Source: an uncultured Gemmatimonadota bacterium
GTDB lineage: Bacteria; Blakebacterota; Blakebacteria; Blakebacterales; Blakebacteraceae
Assembly: GCA_964576115.1 (NCBI GenBank)
Contig: CAZNUA010000027.1
Location: 1 to 48,244 of the forward strand
Direction: 5' to 3'
DNA length: 48,244 nt
Part shown: one piece after another, positions 1 to 9,442 of the stretch
How positions within the stretch are numbered: position 1 is the stretch's first letter
Layout: every line of letters begins with the position of its first letter
Notes under the pieces: model-generated
What the model was told of the DNA's origin: nothing
The model's database searches: none
What the model saw: the letters and a program-made list of their open reading frames with translations, nothing else
Translations under genes and position numbers: made by a program

Positions 1-2111
1 GAGGCCGGGTCGCCGCTCTGGCCGCCGGCCGTGACGGCCAGGGCCCGGACCCGGTCACCGAACTCCACTACGGCCACAAAGCTGTTCCCGCTCGTGCCGT
101 ACCACTTTTTCGTGTTGGGGTAGGCGCGGGCGCCGAATGAGGCCAGCGAACCCCAGCGGGCCGAGGTGAAGCCCACCGGGATGCTTGGCTCGTCATCGTC
201 GAAGCGTGACCTGATCTCCCCGCTCAGCCGCTGAAAGCGGTTGATCTCTCCCCAGGCCGTTCGCCACGAACCGAAATCTTCGCGGAGCTGATCGCAGGCG
301 GCGGTCAGCGAGGCCAGCAGGACCGGCGCGGCTTCGGGACTGGCGAGGTAGTCGTTGAAAGACATTCCTCTCCCGCGGGCACTCCGGCCCGCCTGGCGTT
401 GGATCTGGGTTCCCCAGTATATGGCCAGGGATGTCGGCACGGAATCGGCCGCCCAGCGCAGGTCCCAGTCGCGCAGCAGCTCGATCGGTTCTCTCAAGCG
501 CCGCTTCAGGGGATCGCTCGCGGGCAGGCCGTCAAAGGCTGCGATCAGGGCCGGCAGGGGCGCTTCGAACCAGGGCAGGTAGCCGTCGAAGGCCGCCGCC
601 AGCAGGCCTTCGAGGGTGAAGTCGGTGCGATCCTCCAGGAGCATGGTGGCGTGCACGCTCCGCATGTTCGACCCGCCGCTCTCCACATAGGCCGGGAAGT
701 CTTCCTGTTTTGGAGAGTACGGTCCGGCCGCCATCCAGGGAGCGTCATTGACGTTGAAGACCCAGCCGTTGGGGGGATTGACCGCGTTCGGAGATTCGTC
801 GAAGGGCAGGGGCGGGCCCCAGTCAGTGGCCGGATTACTGCCGTCGACCGGGCGGCGCCAGTTATAGGTTTCATCACGGCGGGGGATGAAGTTGGAGTGC
901 AGGTAGGCGATGTTCCCCTCGGCGTCGGCGAAAAGGGTGTTGTTCGAAGAGTTGGTGTGCAGTTCCATCGACTCGATGTATTGGTCGTAATTATCCGCCT
1001 TGGTCCGGATATACGACTGGGTCAGGGCGTCGACCGGATCGTGCATCAGGGCCACGCTGACCCACTGCTCTCCCTGCCGGCGGACGACAGGGCCGTGATG
1101 GGTGTAGTAGACGGTGAACTCCCGATCCTCCAGCCCGGAGTCGGTCCGGCAGGCCAAAGTGATGGTGCGCGACCGCATCGGCCGCTCCTCATCACCGTAC
1201 AGGTAGTAATACTGCCCGTCCCGTTCGACGACCGTTTCCAGCCACTCGTCGATGTTGTCCACCCCGCTGGAGGTGTGCATCCAGCCGCAGCGGGAGTTGA
1301 AACCCTGGTAGATGAAGAACTGGCCCCAGGTAATCGCCCCGTAGGCGTTCAATCCCCGCTCGCTCGTCATCTGTGCCTCGGCCCGGAAGTAAAAGGACGT
1401 GTGGGGATTGATGAGCAGCAGGGCGTGGCCGTCGCGGGTATTGGCCGGGGCGATCGAGATGCCGTTCGAACCCACCGGCTCCGCGACTGCTGCCGGGGAT
1501 GGCAATGGTTCTTCGCTTCCGATTCTGGATGGCATCTGATCGGTTTCGTAGTCGGGGTCGTTCTCGTAAAAGGCCTGCAGACCGCGCGTACTGATCCGTT
1601 CGATATCCCCGCCGATGCTGCCCTCGGTGAAGGTCAGGGCCATCCACGGCTCGAAGCGGGTGATGACCCGCGGGGTCACCTCCGGATGGGTGTGCAGGTA
1701 GTAGTTCAGGCCGTCGGCGAAAGCGTCCATGAGCCGCCGCAGCCAGGCTGGGCTCGACCGGTACATCGCCTGCAGTTCGACCGGGTCCATGAAGAGCTGC
1801 TGGCGCAGGTCGGAGTACAGGGCCGACTCTCCCTCGGCTTCGGCCATCCGCCCGATCGAATTCAGGTAGTTGGTCTCGACCCGGTTGAAGTCATCCTCGG
1901 CCTGGGCGTAGACGATCCCGAAGACGGCATCGGCGTCGGTTCTCCCGCAGACGTGCGGGATCCCCCAGTCATCGCGGATGATGGTGACCCTCTGTGCCCG
2001 GGCCTCCCAGCTGGCGATCTCGCGCTCGGTCGACGGCGAGCAGCCGTTTATAGATGTGAGGGCGAGAAGGAGAACGAGGCTGGCGGCGGGGAAACGGACG
2101 GTCTTGTTCAT
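1..2111 (-). CDS. Penicillin acylase family (Ntn-hydrolase) lipoprotein; 3' end runs off the window
   Basis: Not in the ORF track. Translated by hand from ATG 2111 (GGAG upstream): MNKTVRFPAASLVLLLALTSINGC (lipobox), then VTIIRDDWGIPHV..YAQAEDDFNRVETNY. Beta-chain start G|SNGISIAPANTRDGHALLLINPH near 1470; C-terminal YGTSGNSFVAVVEFGDRVRALAVTAGGQSGDPAS. Confidence 0.93.
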   Translation of the reverse strand, partial: MNKTVRFPAASLVLLLALTSINGCSPSTEREIASWEARAQRVTIIRDDWGIPHVCGRTDADAVFGIVYAQAEDDFNRVETNYLNSIGRMAEAEGESALYSDLRQQLFMDPVELQAMYRSSPAWLRRLMDAFADGLNYYLHTHPEVTPRVITRFEPWMALTFTEGSIGGDIERISTRGLQAFYENDPDYETDQMPSRIGSEEPLPSPAAVAEPVGSNGISIAPANTRDGHALLLINPHTSFYFRAEAQMTSERGLNAYGAITWGQFFIYQGFNSRCGWMHTSSGVDNIDEWLETVVERDGQYYYLYGDEERPMRSRTITLACRTDSGLEDREFTVYYTHHGPVVRRQGEQWVSVALMHDPVDALTQSYIRTKADNYDQYIESMELHTNSSNNTLFADAEGNIAYLHSNFIPRRDETYNWRRPVDGSNPATDWGPPLPFDESPNAVNPPNGWVFNVNDAPWMAAGPYSPKQEDFPAYVESGGSNMRSVHATMLLEDRTDFTLEGLLAAAFDGYLPWFEAPLPALIAAFDGLPASDPLKRRLREPIELLRDWDLRWAADSVPTSLAIYWGTQIQRQAGRSARGRGMSFNDYLASPEAAPVLLASLTAACDQLREDFGSWRTAWGEINRFQRLSGEIRSRFDDDEPSIPVGFTSARWGSLASFGARAYPNTKKWYGTSGNSFVAVVEFGDRVRALAVTAGGQSGDPA

Positions 2112-2226
2112 GGTCGCGGCTCCGGTTGAGGCGGATCAGGGGTTGTGGGCCATGATAGTACTACCAACCGGCCCCTGACGATATTCCCCAATACCGCAGG
2201 TCTCGATCAGTTCCCCGGGGAGTGGT

Positions 2227-2265
2227 CAGTCCTCCCGGGTGTCAGGTCAGGCCCCGGGAGGACTG
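2227..2265. terminator. GC-rich stem-loop (13-bp perfect stem), possible terminator or mRNA-stabilising hairpin
   Basis: CAGTCCTCCCGGG-N13-CCCGGGAGGACTG between the stop at 2321 and the acylase start; no U-tract. Confidence 0.45.
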
Positions 2266-2320
2266 GATGGCGAAGCAGTATGATGCAGACCCGGTTCGGT
2301 GCGGGTCAGACGTCAGATAT

Positions 2321-3586
2321 CTACCGGAAGACGATCTCCCTGACGTCGCTCCAGAGAAAGTACCGGGGCGAGTCCGAACCGCTCCAGATGACGATGCCGT
2401 CGTTCGATTCGTCGATATCGTTCGAACCGTCCAGGCGCAGCTCCAGATCGTTCTTCAGGTGTACCATCGATCCCCAGCGTCGTTCGGGTGTGATGGAAGC
2501 GATGTTCCGGAAGGGGATAAGGAATTCGCAGTCTTCATTGTCGCCGTTGAGCATCTCGAAATCGAACGCTTCGTCAAGATCGTAGAAGATCCGGCCGCTG
2601 AAAGTCTCGTCGTTCCAGGTCCTCACCGTCGCTTCGATAAACGTGGTCGGGGCAAAGGAGTTGTACCCCGGTCCGGAGTCGCGGGCGTCAGCGAAATCGA
2701 CCCGGTCGAAATCGCGCCACCCGATCGTCACCGAACCCACGTCGGGTGTGTTCACGATGATGCCGCGGTTCTCGCGGTTGACGTCATTGCTGCCGGTCAG
2801 GAAGTACTCGCGGCCCGAATTCAGGGTCACCAGCGAACCGCGTTCGCGGCGTTCGATGGCGGCGATCTCGGAAAACTCGATCTCCATCTCCGCGTACTCG
2901 CTGTCGCCGTCGAGCACATCTGAACCCAGGCGCTCGTCACTGTCCCACTGGATCAGACCCGCGAATGAGCCCAGGCGGGACTGGACCACCCCGTAGAGCG
3001 GCTCGCCGTAGGTTCGTCTCAGACGGGAAGGGGTCGCCAGGAACTCGACGAAATCGATTCCCCGCCAGGGCAGTTTGACCTCACCCAGTTCGTCGTCCAG
3101 GACATGAACGGTGGCGCCGATATCGGTGGAGCCTCCCTCGAGCTCGAGCTGTTCGCCGTTCTTCAGGGTCAGGAGCACCCCATCACTCCACCGGATATCC
3201 AGGCGGCGGATATCTCCGAAGTGGCAGGAGAATTCGCGGTCGGTCATGAAAGTGCCGTCGTCCCCGATCAGATAGCCGAGGATCGAGACCCGCCGCCGGT
3301 CGCGACTGCGATCGTGCTCGTCGTAAATCTCGTCCATCAACCGGTGGTAGTCGGGCAGATCGTCACGAAAGCGCTCGAGGGTGTTCTCGATCTTGGTGGA
3401 ATTGAAGATGTTGAGCCAGAAGACTTCGTCGTCACCCCAGCGGATCGGTCCCTCGAAAGTGTCGCCGTTGCGCAGGGCAACCCGGCCGTAGAGGTAGCCT
3501 TCGACACTCTGGGCGGATGCGGGCGGGGTGATTCCGGTCAGGGCGATGACGAGCAGACTGCAGACGGGCAGGAGGAATCGTTTCAT
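2321..3586 (-). CDS. Secreted hypothetical protein made of three ~100-aa repeats
   Basis: ATG 3586 follows GAGGTG. Signal peptide MKRFLLPVCSLLVIALTGITPPASA|Q. Repeats share GxIx(W/Y)xxDE, GS(N/T)D(V/I) and WxxxxxVxF-like ends. Confidence 0.85.
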   Translation of the reverse strand: MKRFLLPVCSLLVIALTGITPPASAQSVEGYLYGRVALRNGDTFEGPIRWGDDEVFWLNIFNSTKIENTLERFRDDLPDYHRLMDEIYDEHDRSRDRRRVSILGYLIGDDGTFMTDREFSCHFGDIRRLDIRWSDGVLLTLKNGEQLELEGGSTDIGATVHVLDDELGEVKLPWRGIDFVEFLATPSRLRRTYGEPLYGVVQSRLGSFAGLIQWDSDERLGSDVLDGDSEYAEMEIEFSEIAAIERRERGSLVTLNSGREYFLTGSNDVNRENRGIIVNTPDVGSVTIGWRDFDRVDFADARDSGPGYNSFAPTTFIEATVRTWNDETFSGRIFYDLDEAFDFEMLNGDNEDCEFLIPFRNIASITPERRWGSMVHLKNDLELRLDGSNDIDESNDGIVIWSGSDSPRYFLWSDVREIVFR

Positions 3587-3657
3587 GATGAAGTACACCT
3601 CAATATGTTTTCAGGTTCCCCGCGGGCCGGGAATCCGGTGACCCCCACGTCATCATA

Positions 3658-3684
3658 TACGGAGATGAAGCGACAGGAGTTGCC
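3658..3684 (-). promoter_or_regulatory. Putative ECF-sigma promoter GGCAAC-N17-CGTA
   Basis: AAC...CGT architecture typical of ECF promoters, ~70 nt upstream of ATG 3586. Confidence 0.45.
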
Positions 3685-3716
3685 GGCTGTGGCAAGCAGA
3701 GAGAAGCCGTTTCAGC

Positions 3717-6353
3717 TCACTCGATCCGCAGGGTTTCAATCGGGTCGGTCCCCGAGGCCCGCAGGGCAGGGATCAGGTTGGCCGCGAGCGCAATCGTCAG
3801 GAAAACACCTGCAACCACGATCAGGGTGGCGGCATCGGTCGCCGAGACGCCGACGACCAGGCTGGCGAGGATGCGTCCGAGCAGCAGGGTCAGGATCACT
3901 CCCGCGCCCAGCCCCGTGAGGATCATCCGCAGGCCTTCGCCGATGATCATCCTGATGACCGACTCCCGACCCGCCCCGAGGGCGATCCGGATGCCGATCT
4001 CCCGGCGGCGCATGCTCACGGCATAGCTGATCACGCCGTAGACGCCTCCCAGAGCCAGCAGCAGCGAAACCGTGGCGAAGAGGGCGAGCAGCAGTGAGGT
4101 CGCCTGCCGGAAGGAGAGAGAGTCGGCGATGATCTCTTCCATCGTCGCGACATCATACACCGGCAGGGTGGAGTCGAGATTGGTGACGACCGAGCGAACC
4201 GCCGGGGCCAACTCGGCCGGGTCCCCCCCGGTCCGGATGATGAACTGGGGGTTCTGCTCGGGCATCAGGAGCATCCGTGAGTAAATGCCGGGGATCATCT
4301 CTTCCTCGAGCCCGTAGTGCCGGACATCTCGGGCCAGGCCCACAACTTCCATGAGTACCTGCGGGGATCCCTTCGGGTGGCAGCGTTTCCCGATCGGGTC
4401 CTCATCACTCCAGTGATAGCGGGCGAAGGTCTCGTTCACGACGACCTGCATGCGGTCACTCTCCTCCAGCCACCGCCCGGCGAGCATCTGTATCCCGGCT
4501 GCTGCAGCATAGTGCGGAGTCACCAGCCGCAGCAGAGTGACGGGATCGGCCTGCCCCTCCGGAAGCGGTTCGGCTCCCTCCGCCTGCCAGAACCAGCCGT
4601 TGTGGCCGCGCAGGGGCAGGGAGGTCGCTGCCGCGGTCGCCTCCACCCCCGGCAGGGCCTCGAGGTTCGCGTTCAGATCGTTGATGAAGGCGATGACATT
4701 GTCCTGCTCGGGATACTGCGCCTGAGGCAGGTTGAGCTGGAAAGTGAGAACCCCTTCGGGCTCGAAGCCGGGATCCACCTGCCGGAGATTGTGGAAGGTC
4801 TGTCCCAGCAGGGCGGCGGTAACGAGTAGTCCCAGTGTCAGAGCCACCTCGGTCGTGACAAAGCTCTGAAGGAGGCGCCGGGTGCCGCGTCCCGTGCCGG
4901 TTCGCAGGGCCCCCTCACGCAGGATATCGACCTGGCTCCGGTGACGGAGGCGCCGGATCGGAACCAGCCCGACTGCCAGGGCGGTGACAACGCAGACCGC
5001 CAGGGTGAAGAGCTGAACCCCGAGATCGACCTCGAACCTCATCCAGGGCGGCAGGTCGAGGGGGACCGCGCCGGCGAGCAGGGAGATGGATGCCGAGCCG
5101 AGTCCGAAGCCCGCCAGACCGCTGATCAGGGCCAGCACCAGACTCTCGGTGAGTATCTGGCGGGTGAGGGTGCCCCGGCCGGCTCCGAGGGCCGATCGGA
5201 TCCCGAATTCGCTGCGCCGCATGATGGTTCGGGTCAGCATGAGGCTGGCCACGTTGGCGCAGGCGATCAGGAGCAGGACAGCGATCGCCCCCCAGACCGC
5301 GTAGATGGCGGTGCGCACATCCCCCATGGATCGTTCGCGCAGATCGGTCACGATCGGCAGGGCTTCGGCCGACGCCACGCCGGCTTCGATCACGTTCTGC
5401 TGGATCCGGCGCAGGTCTTCCTGGGCCTGCTCCCGGGTCACCCCGGGGGCCAGGCGCCCGATCCCGGCCAGGAAGTAGCTGCTCCGGTCGTCGGGATCGG
5501 CATGGAAGGGGAGCCAGATCTGTCCCCGTTCCCGGATCATCGCTTCGTCGGGCAGTACGCCGATGATCTCGTAGGTCACCCCGCTCAGGGTGAGTGAGCG
5601 GCCGATGATGTCGGGGTCGCCGCCCCAGCGGTCGCGCCACCACGAGTCGATAAGCATCACTACCCGGGGACCGCCGTCGGTCCCGTCTTCGGGGGTGAAG
5701 GTCCTGCCAATGAGCGGCACGAGCCGCAGGGTTTCGATCAGGTCCCAGGTGCCGGTGATGCCCGTGACCCGCTCGGCGCCTTCCGTTCCGGCCATGCTCA
5801 GGGAGAGGTTGTTGAAGACTCCCATCGCTTCGAAAGCCTGACTCTCGTTTCTCCAGAGCAGGAAATCGGGGTAGTCGATGCCGACGTACTCGAGGTTCCA
5901 CTGCGGGGCGGTGATGTCCAGGTCCACCAGCCGTTCGGATTCATCCCAGGGAAAAGGACGCAGGAAGATCGTGTTGACCACGCTGAAGACAGCCGTGTTG
6001 CCGGCGATGCCGAGGGCCAGCATGAGGATGATCAGGCCGCTGAAGAGGGGCTGACGGCCGAGCGAGCGCAGGGCGAAACGGGTGTCGCGGCGCAGTGAGT
6101 CGATCATGAGGATTCGTCCTTGCTGTCTGAGGTCGGTGCGTTCGATCCGGGTGCAGGTTTCCGTGATCTCGGCGCTGTTCCCGAACGTCTGCTCGGCCAT
6201 CCGGCGGGCGGTTTCTGGATCGTATCCCTGCTCGCGGTACTCCCTGGTTCTTTCCTCGAGATGGAACGCGATCTCTTCGGCCAGCGTCCGCTCCGGATCG
6301 GGCCGGAAATCGGTGACCCGGAAGATCCGTCTGATGAAGGGGGGCAGGATCAT
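3717..6353 (-). CDS. ADOP-type duplicated ABC permease (MacB_PCD/FtsX x2) with permease-prefix domain 1
   Basis: EEIAFHLEERTREYREQG..ARRMAEQTFG prefix, DTRFALRSL, LALGIAGNTAVFSVVN, LLIACANVASL, EFGIRSALGAGR, RRREIGIRIALGA, DPIETLRIE. Start reset to ATG 6353, just after the padR stop. Confidence 0.93.
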   Translation of the reverse strand: MILPPFIRRIFRVTDFRPDPERTLAEEIAFHLEERTREYREQGYDPETARRMAEQTFGNSAEITETCTRIERTDLRQQGRILMIDSLRRDTRFALRSLGRQPLFSGLIILMLALGIAGNTAVFSVVNTIFLRPFPWDESERLVDLDITAPQWNLEYVGIDYPDFLLWRNESQAFEAMGVFNNLSLSMAGTEGAERVTGITGTWDLIETLRLVPLIGRTFTPEDGTDGGPRVVMLIDSWWRDRWGGDPDIIGRSLTLSGVTYEIIGVLPDEAMIRERGQIWLPFHADPDDRSSYFLAGIGRLAPGVTREQAQEDLRRIQQNVIEAGVASAEALPIVTDLRERSMGDVRTAIYAVWGAIAVLLLIACANVASLMLTRTIMRRSEFGIRSALGAGRGTLTRQILTESLVLALISGLAGFGLGSASISLLAGAVPLDLPPWMRFEVDLGVQLFTLAVCVVTALAVGLVPIRRLRHRSQVDILREGALRTGTGRGTRRLLQSFVTTEVALTLGLLVTAALLGQTFHNLRQVDPGFEPEGVLTFQLNLPQAQYPEQDNVIAFINDLNANLEALPGVEATAAATSLPLRGHNGWFWQAEGAEPLPEGQADPVTLLRLVTPHYAAAAGIQMLAGRWLEESDRMQVVVNETFARYHWSDEDPIGKRCHPKGSPQVLMEVVGLARDVRHYGLEEEMIPGIYSRMLLMPEQNPQFIIRTGGDPAELAPAVRSVVTNLDSTLPVYDVATMEEIIADSLSFRQATSLLLALFATVSLLLALGGVYGVISYAVSMRRREIGIRIALGAGRESVIRMIIGEGLRMILTGLGAGVILTLLLGRILASLVVGVSATDAATLIVVAGVFLTIALAANLIPALRASGTDPIETLRIE

Positions 6354-6358
6354 GGCGC

Positions 6359-6694
6359 TCAGCCCTCGGGGCTGTCCAGGAGGGTTCGGACCGCATCGCT
6401 GTATTCGACCCAGCGCAGGCGTTCCTCGGCCAGAGTCTGCTGACCGGCTGCGGTGAGGGAATAGAACCGGGCCCGGCGACCGGTTTCGGTCTCTCCCCAG
6501 CTGGCCGTGGTCAGACCCTTTTTCGCCAGGCGGCGCAGGGCGACGTAGAGAACCCCCTCGCCGATGGTGAGGACCTCGCTGCTCCGGTCCCTGATCCACT
6601 TGCCGATGGCATAGCCGTGCCGGGGGCCGCCGGCGAGGGCTTTCAGGATCAGGATGTCGAGGGTGCCGGTGAAGAGATCGCTGCCGCCGCTCAT
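6359..6694 (-). CDS. PadR-family transcriptional regulator (ADOP-associated type)
   Basis: GTLDILILKAL..PRHGYAIGKWI..EGVLYVALRRL..WGETETGRRARFYSLTAAG; directly upstream of the permease. Confidence 0.93.
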   Translation of the reverse strand: MSGGSDLFTGTLDILILKALAGGPRHGYAIGKWIRDRSSEVLTIGEGVLYVALRRLAKKGLTTASWGETETGRRARFYSLTAAGQQTLAEERLRWVEYSDAVRTLLDSPEG

Positions 6695-6750
6695 TGCATC
6701 GGTTTCCTTTTCTGATGTGCTTTCGAGTCTGGGGTTTCCTCCGCGTTCAG

Positions 6751-6780
6751 CCTCTATCAAACACCCCTCTATGAAAGAGG
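6751..6780. promoter_or_regulatory. Putative PadR operator
   Basis: Palindrome CCTCT-ATGAA-AGAGG (6766-6780) plus a direct repeat CCTCTAT (6751-6757) 15 bp away, in the AT-rich region upstream of padR. Confidence 0.45.
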
Positions 6781-6813
6781 TATATATGATACGCGATACA
6801 GTCCAGGTGGGTT

Positions 6814-7788
6814 TCAGGGCAGTCTGAGTCGGGCCGTGACGGGAAAGTGGTCGGAGGGATAGCGGCCCTCGACGGCGGTGTGCAGGATCGCGGCCGTGAA
6901 GACCTCCCAGGCATCGTCCACGAAAATGAAGTCTATCTTCTCGCCCGACCGGTCACCCTGGAAGCCATTGAAGGTGCCGGCTTCATCGGCGTCGGGATAA
7001 AGCACCCGGAAGGTGTCGCGCAACTGCGGCGCAGAGGTGGTGAGAGAGAGAATAGCGGGGTTCTCCTCACCGGCGTTGAAGTCCCCGGTGGCGATCACCG
7101 GATCGGGGTGGGCACGGGTGACTATCCGCTCGGCCAGCAGCCCGGCACTGCGTTCGCGCGAGGGCTGGGAACGGTGATCGAGATGGAGATTGAAGAGATA
7201 GAAAGTCCGGCCGCTTCCGATCTCCTCGAACCGGGCCCAGGTACAGATCCGGGTGATGCTGTTCCCCCAGCTCGTCGATCCCGGCACCTCGGGTGTGTCG
7301 CTCAGCCAGAAGGTGCCCGAGTCGAGGACCTGGAATCGCTCGGTGCGGTAGAGGATGGCTGCATACTCGCCCGCCTCGACGCCGTCTTCGCGGCCCACCC
7401 CGATTTCGGTGTATCCCGCAACCGCTTCAGTGATCTCGTCGAGCTGGAAGCGCAGCGCCTCCTGTACCCCGATCAGATCGGGAGCCTGCCCGCGCAGCAG
7501 ACTGAAGACGATCCCGCGGCGCTGAGGCCACGAGTTCTCCCCGTCGTTGGCCGTCCCGTAACGGATGTTGAAGCTCATGACAGCCAGGTCGAGCGGCTCT
7601 ATTGCGGCTGAAGCAGCGGCGGTCTCATCGCCGGTCTGTCCAGCTGCGCTGCCCTCGCGCTGCCCCCGGCCGCAGCCGATGACGAGCGTGCCGGTGAGCA
7701 CGATCGTGAGGAAGGTGCCCGCTGCTGAACGGTACGGTTGACAACGGCGGCGATCCTGGCGGGCGGAAGAGAACCAGATCGGGGACAT
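6814..7788 (-). CDS. Endonuclease/exonuclease/phosphatase (EEP) family lipoprotein
   Basis: VMSFNIRY, DLIGVQE, NLHLDH, TGDFN, KIDFIF, YPSDHFPV; LVIGC lipobox; ATG 7788 after AAGGA. Confidence 0.9.
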   Translation of the reverse strand: MSPIWFSSARQDRRRCQPYRSAAGTFLTIVLTGTLVIGCGRGQREGSAAGQTGDETAAASAAIEPLDLAVMSFNIRYGTANDGENSWPQRRGIVFSLLRGQAPDLIGVQEALRFQLDEITEAVAGYTEIGVGREDGVEAGEYAAILYRTERFQVLDSGTFWLSDTPEVPGSTSWGNSITRICTWARFEEIGSGRTFYLFNLHLDHRSQPSRERSAGLLAERIVTRAHPDPVIATGDFNAGEENPAILSLTTSAPQLRDTFRVLYPDADEAGTFNGFQGDRSGEKIDFIFVDDAWEVFTAAILHTAVEGRYPSDHFPVTARLRLP

Positions 7789-7804
7789 GACGGATCCTTT
7801 AGGT

Positions 7805-9334
7805 TTAGGCGAAGACAATGTAGAGCAGCACGGTGACGGCCACGATCGAGAGGCCCCAGGCCTTCACCCCCCGGCTCGGGGTGACGTCGATGTCGGTCCG
7901 GACGGGCAGTTCCACCGGGGTGGTAAGGGGTTTGAGCCAGGTGATGATACCCATCAGCAGCATCACCAGCAGGCAGGTGATGCCCATGTTGTTGGTATAG
8001 TCCAGCCCCGGCCAGGGAGCGTAGGTCAGCACAGCGTAGATCGGGATGCTCGAGAGCATGCCGGTGACGGCAGCCGAGGAGGGGGTGCGCTTGATGAAGA
8101 TGCCGAAGATGAAGACCGCCACGATACCCGGCGAGATGAAACCCCAGAAGGTCTGCACGTAGTCGAAGACACTCTCCATGTTGGCCAGCAGGGGGGCCCA
8201 GAGGCAGGCAATGAGAACGAAAACGCCGGTCATGATCCGGCCGAAGAGGACCAGTTTCTGCGGATCGGCATCGGGCTTCCAGTGCCGCTTGTAGAGGTCG
8301 ATGGTGAAAATGGTCGAGGCCGAGTTGAGCATCGAGTCCAGGCTCGACATGACCGCCCCGAAAAGGGCCGCGAACATGATCCCGCGCAGGCCGGCGGGCA
8401 GCAGGTTGCGCATCAGGACCGGGTAGGCCTCGTTCATGTCGGTGATCTGCGAGCCGTAGAGCTGCCAGGCCATGATGCCGGGGAAGACGATGATGAAGGG
8501 AATGAGCAGTTTGATCATGGCCGCGAAGAGAATTCCCTTCTGCCCTTCGGCCACGCTTTTGGAGCCCAGCGTGCGCTGGGTGATGAACTGGTTCAGACCC
8601 CAGTAAAAGAGGTTGGGGACCCAGATGCCCACCAGCAGGATCGTCCAGGGGTAGTCGGGGGTGTCGGCGGGCATGATGACGTGCAGCCGGTCGGCGTTGG
8701 CCTCCAGGAACGATCCCACCCCGCCCACGGCCTCGAAACCCAGGATGGTCACGATCACCCCGCCCAGCAGCAGAGCCGCTCCCTGCAGCAGGTCGGACCA
8801 CACCACCGCCTTGAGACCCCCATAGATGGTATAGGCCCCGGCCAGCAGACCGATCAGCCAGATGCCGAGCAGGGTGTCGATGCCGAAGATGGCTTTCAGG
8901 GCGATGGCGCCCGAATAGAGCACGGTGGCCATGGCCACTACCACGTAGGCCAGCATCATGAAAAAGGCCATGATCGCCCGGGCGGTGGGGTTGTAGCGGT
9001 ATTCGAGGAACTCGGGGATGGTGTAAATGCCGCTGCGCAGGAACTTCGGCAGGAAGAAGATGGCCACGAAGACCAGGGTGATGGCGGCGATCCACTCGAA
9101 ACTGGCCACCGCCAGCCCCGAGGGCCCGAACCCCTTACCGGCCTGACCCACGAAGTGCTCACTGGAGATATTCGAGGCGATCAGCGAGAATCCCACCAGC
9201 CACCAGGTCAGCCCCCGACCGGCCAGGAAATAGTCTTCCGAGGTGTCCTCCTTGCGGGAATTCCAGAGGCTGATCCCGATCACGAGGAGAATGAAAGCGA
9301 TGAAGGCCAGGGTGTCGAGGAAGGTCAGATGCAT
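7805..9334 (-). CDS. Sodium:solute symporter (SSS/SLC5, sugar-type)
   Basis: DYFLAGRGLTWW, SLIASNISSEHFVG, YTIYGGLKAVVWSD, YWGLNQFITQRTL, AVMSSLDSMLNSASTIFTIDLY; many TM helices. Confidence 0.95.
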   Translation of the reverse strand: MHLTFLDTLAFIAFILLVIGISLWNSRKEDTSEDYFLAGRGLTWWLVGFSLIASNISSEHFVGQAGKGFGPSGLAVASFEWIAAITLVFVAIFFLPKFLRSGIYTIPEFLEYRYNPTARAIMAFFMMLAYVVVAMATVLYSGAIALKAIFGIDTLLGIWLIGLLAGAYTIYGGLKAVVWSDLLQGAALLLGGVIVTILGFEAVGGVGSFLEANADRLHVIMPADTPDYPWTILLVGIWVPNLFYWGLNQFITQRTLGSKSVAEGQKGILFAAMIKLLIPFIIVFPGIMAWQLYGSQITDMNEAYPVLMRNLLPAGLRGIMFAALFGAVMSSLDSMLNSASTIFTIDLYKRHWKPDADPQKLVLFGRIMTGVFVLIACLWAPLLANMESVFDYVQTFWGFISPGIVAVFIFGIFIKRTPSSAAVTGMLSSIPIYAVLTYAPWPGLDYTNNMGITCLLVMLLMGIITWLKPLTTPVELPVRTDIDVTPSRGVKAWGLSIVAVTVLLYIVFA

Positions 9335-9442
9335 GACGGCCGTGTGTCTCCTGTAACGGTTTTCTGCGTACCCGAATGTATCACAGAACCGTCAGCGGGC
9401 AAACGGGCGACTCAGGGCTGTTCGAGGAAGAATCCGTCCCTT

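Noticed and set aside
399-2129. 576-aa plus-strand ORF
   Set aside because: Antisense shadow of the minus-strand acylase, which is missing from the track only because it runs off the window.
6354-6599. 82-aa N-terminal extension of the ADOP ORF
   Set aside because: Overlaps padR in another frame and is Arg/Pro/Gly-rich with no motifs; ATG 6353 is the sensible start.
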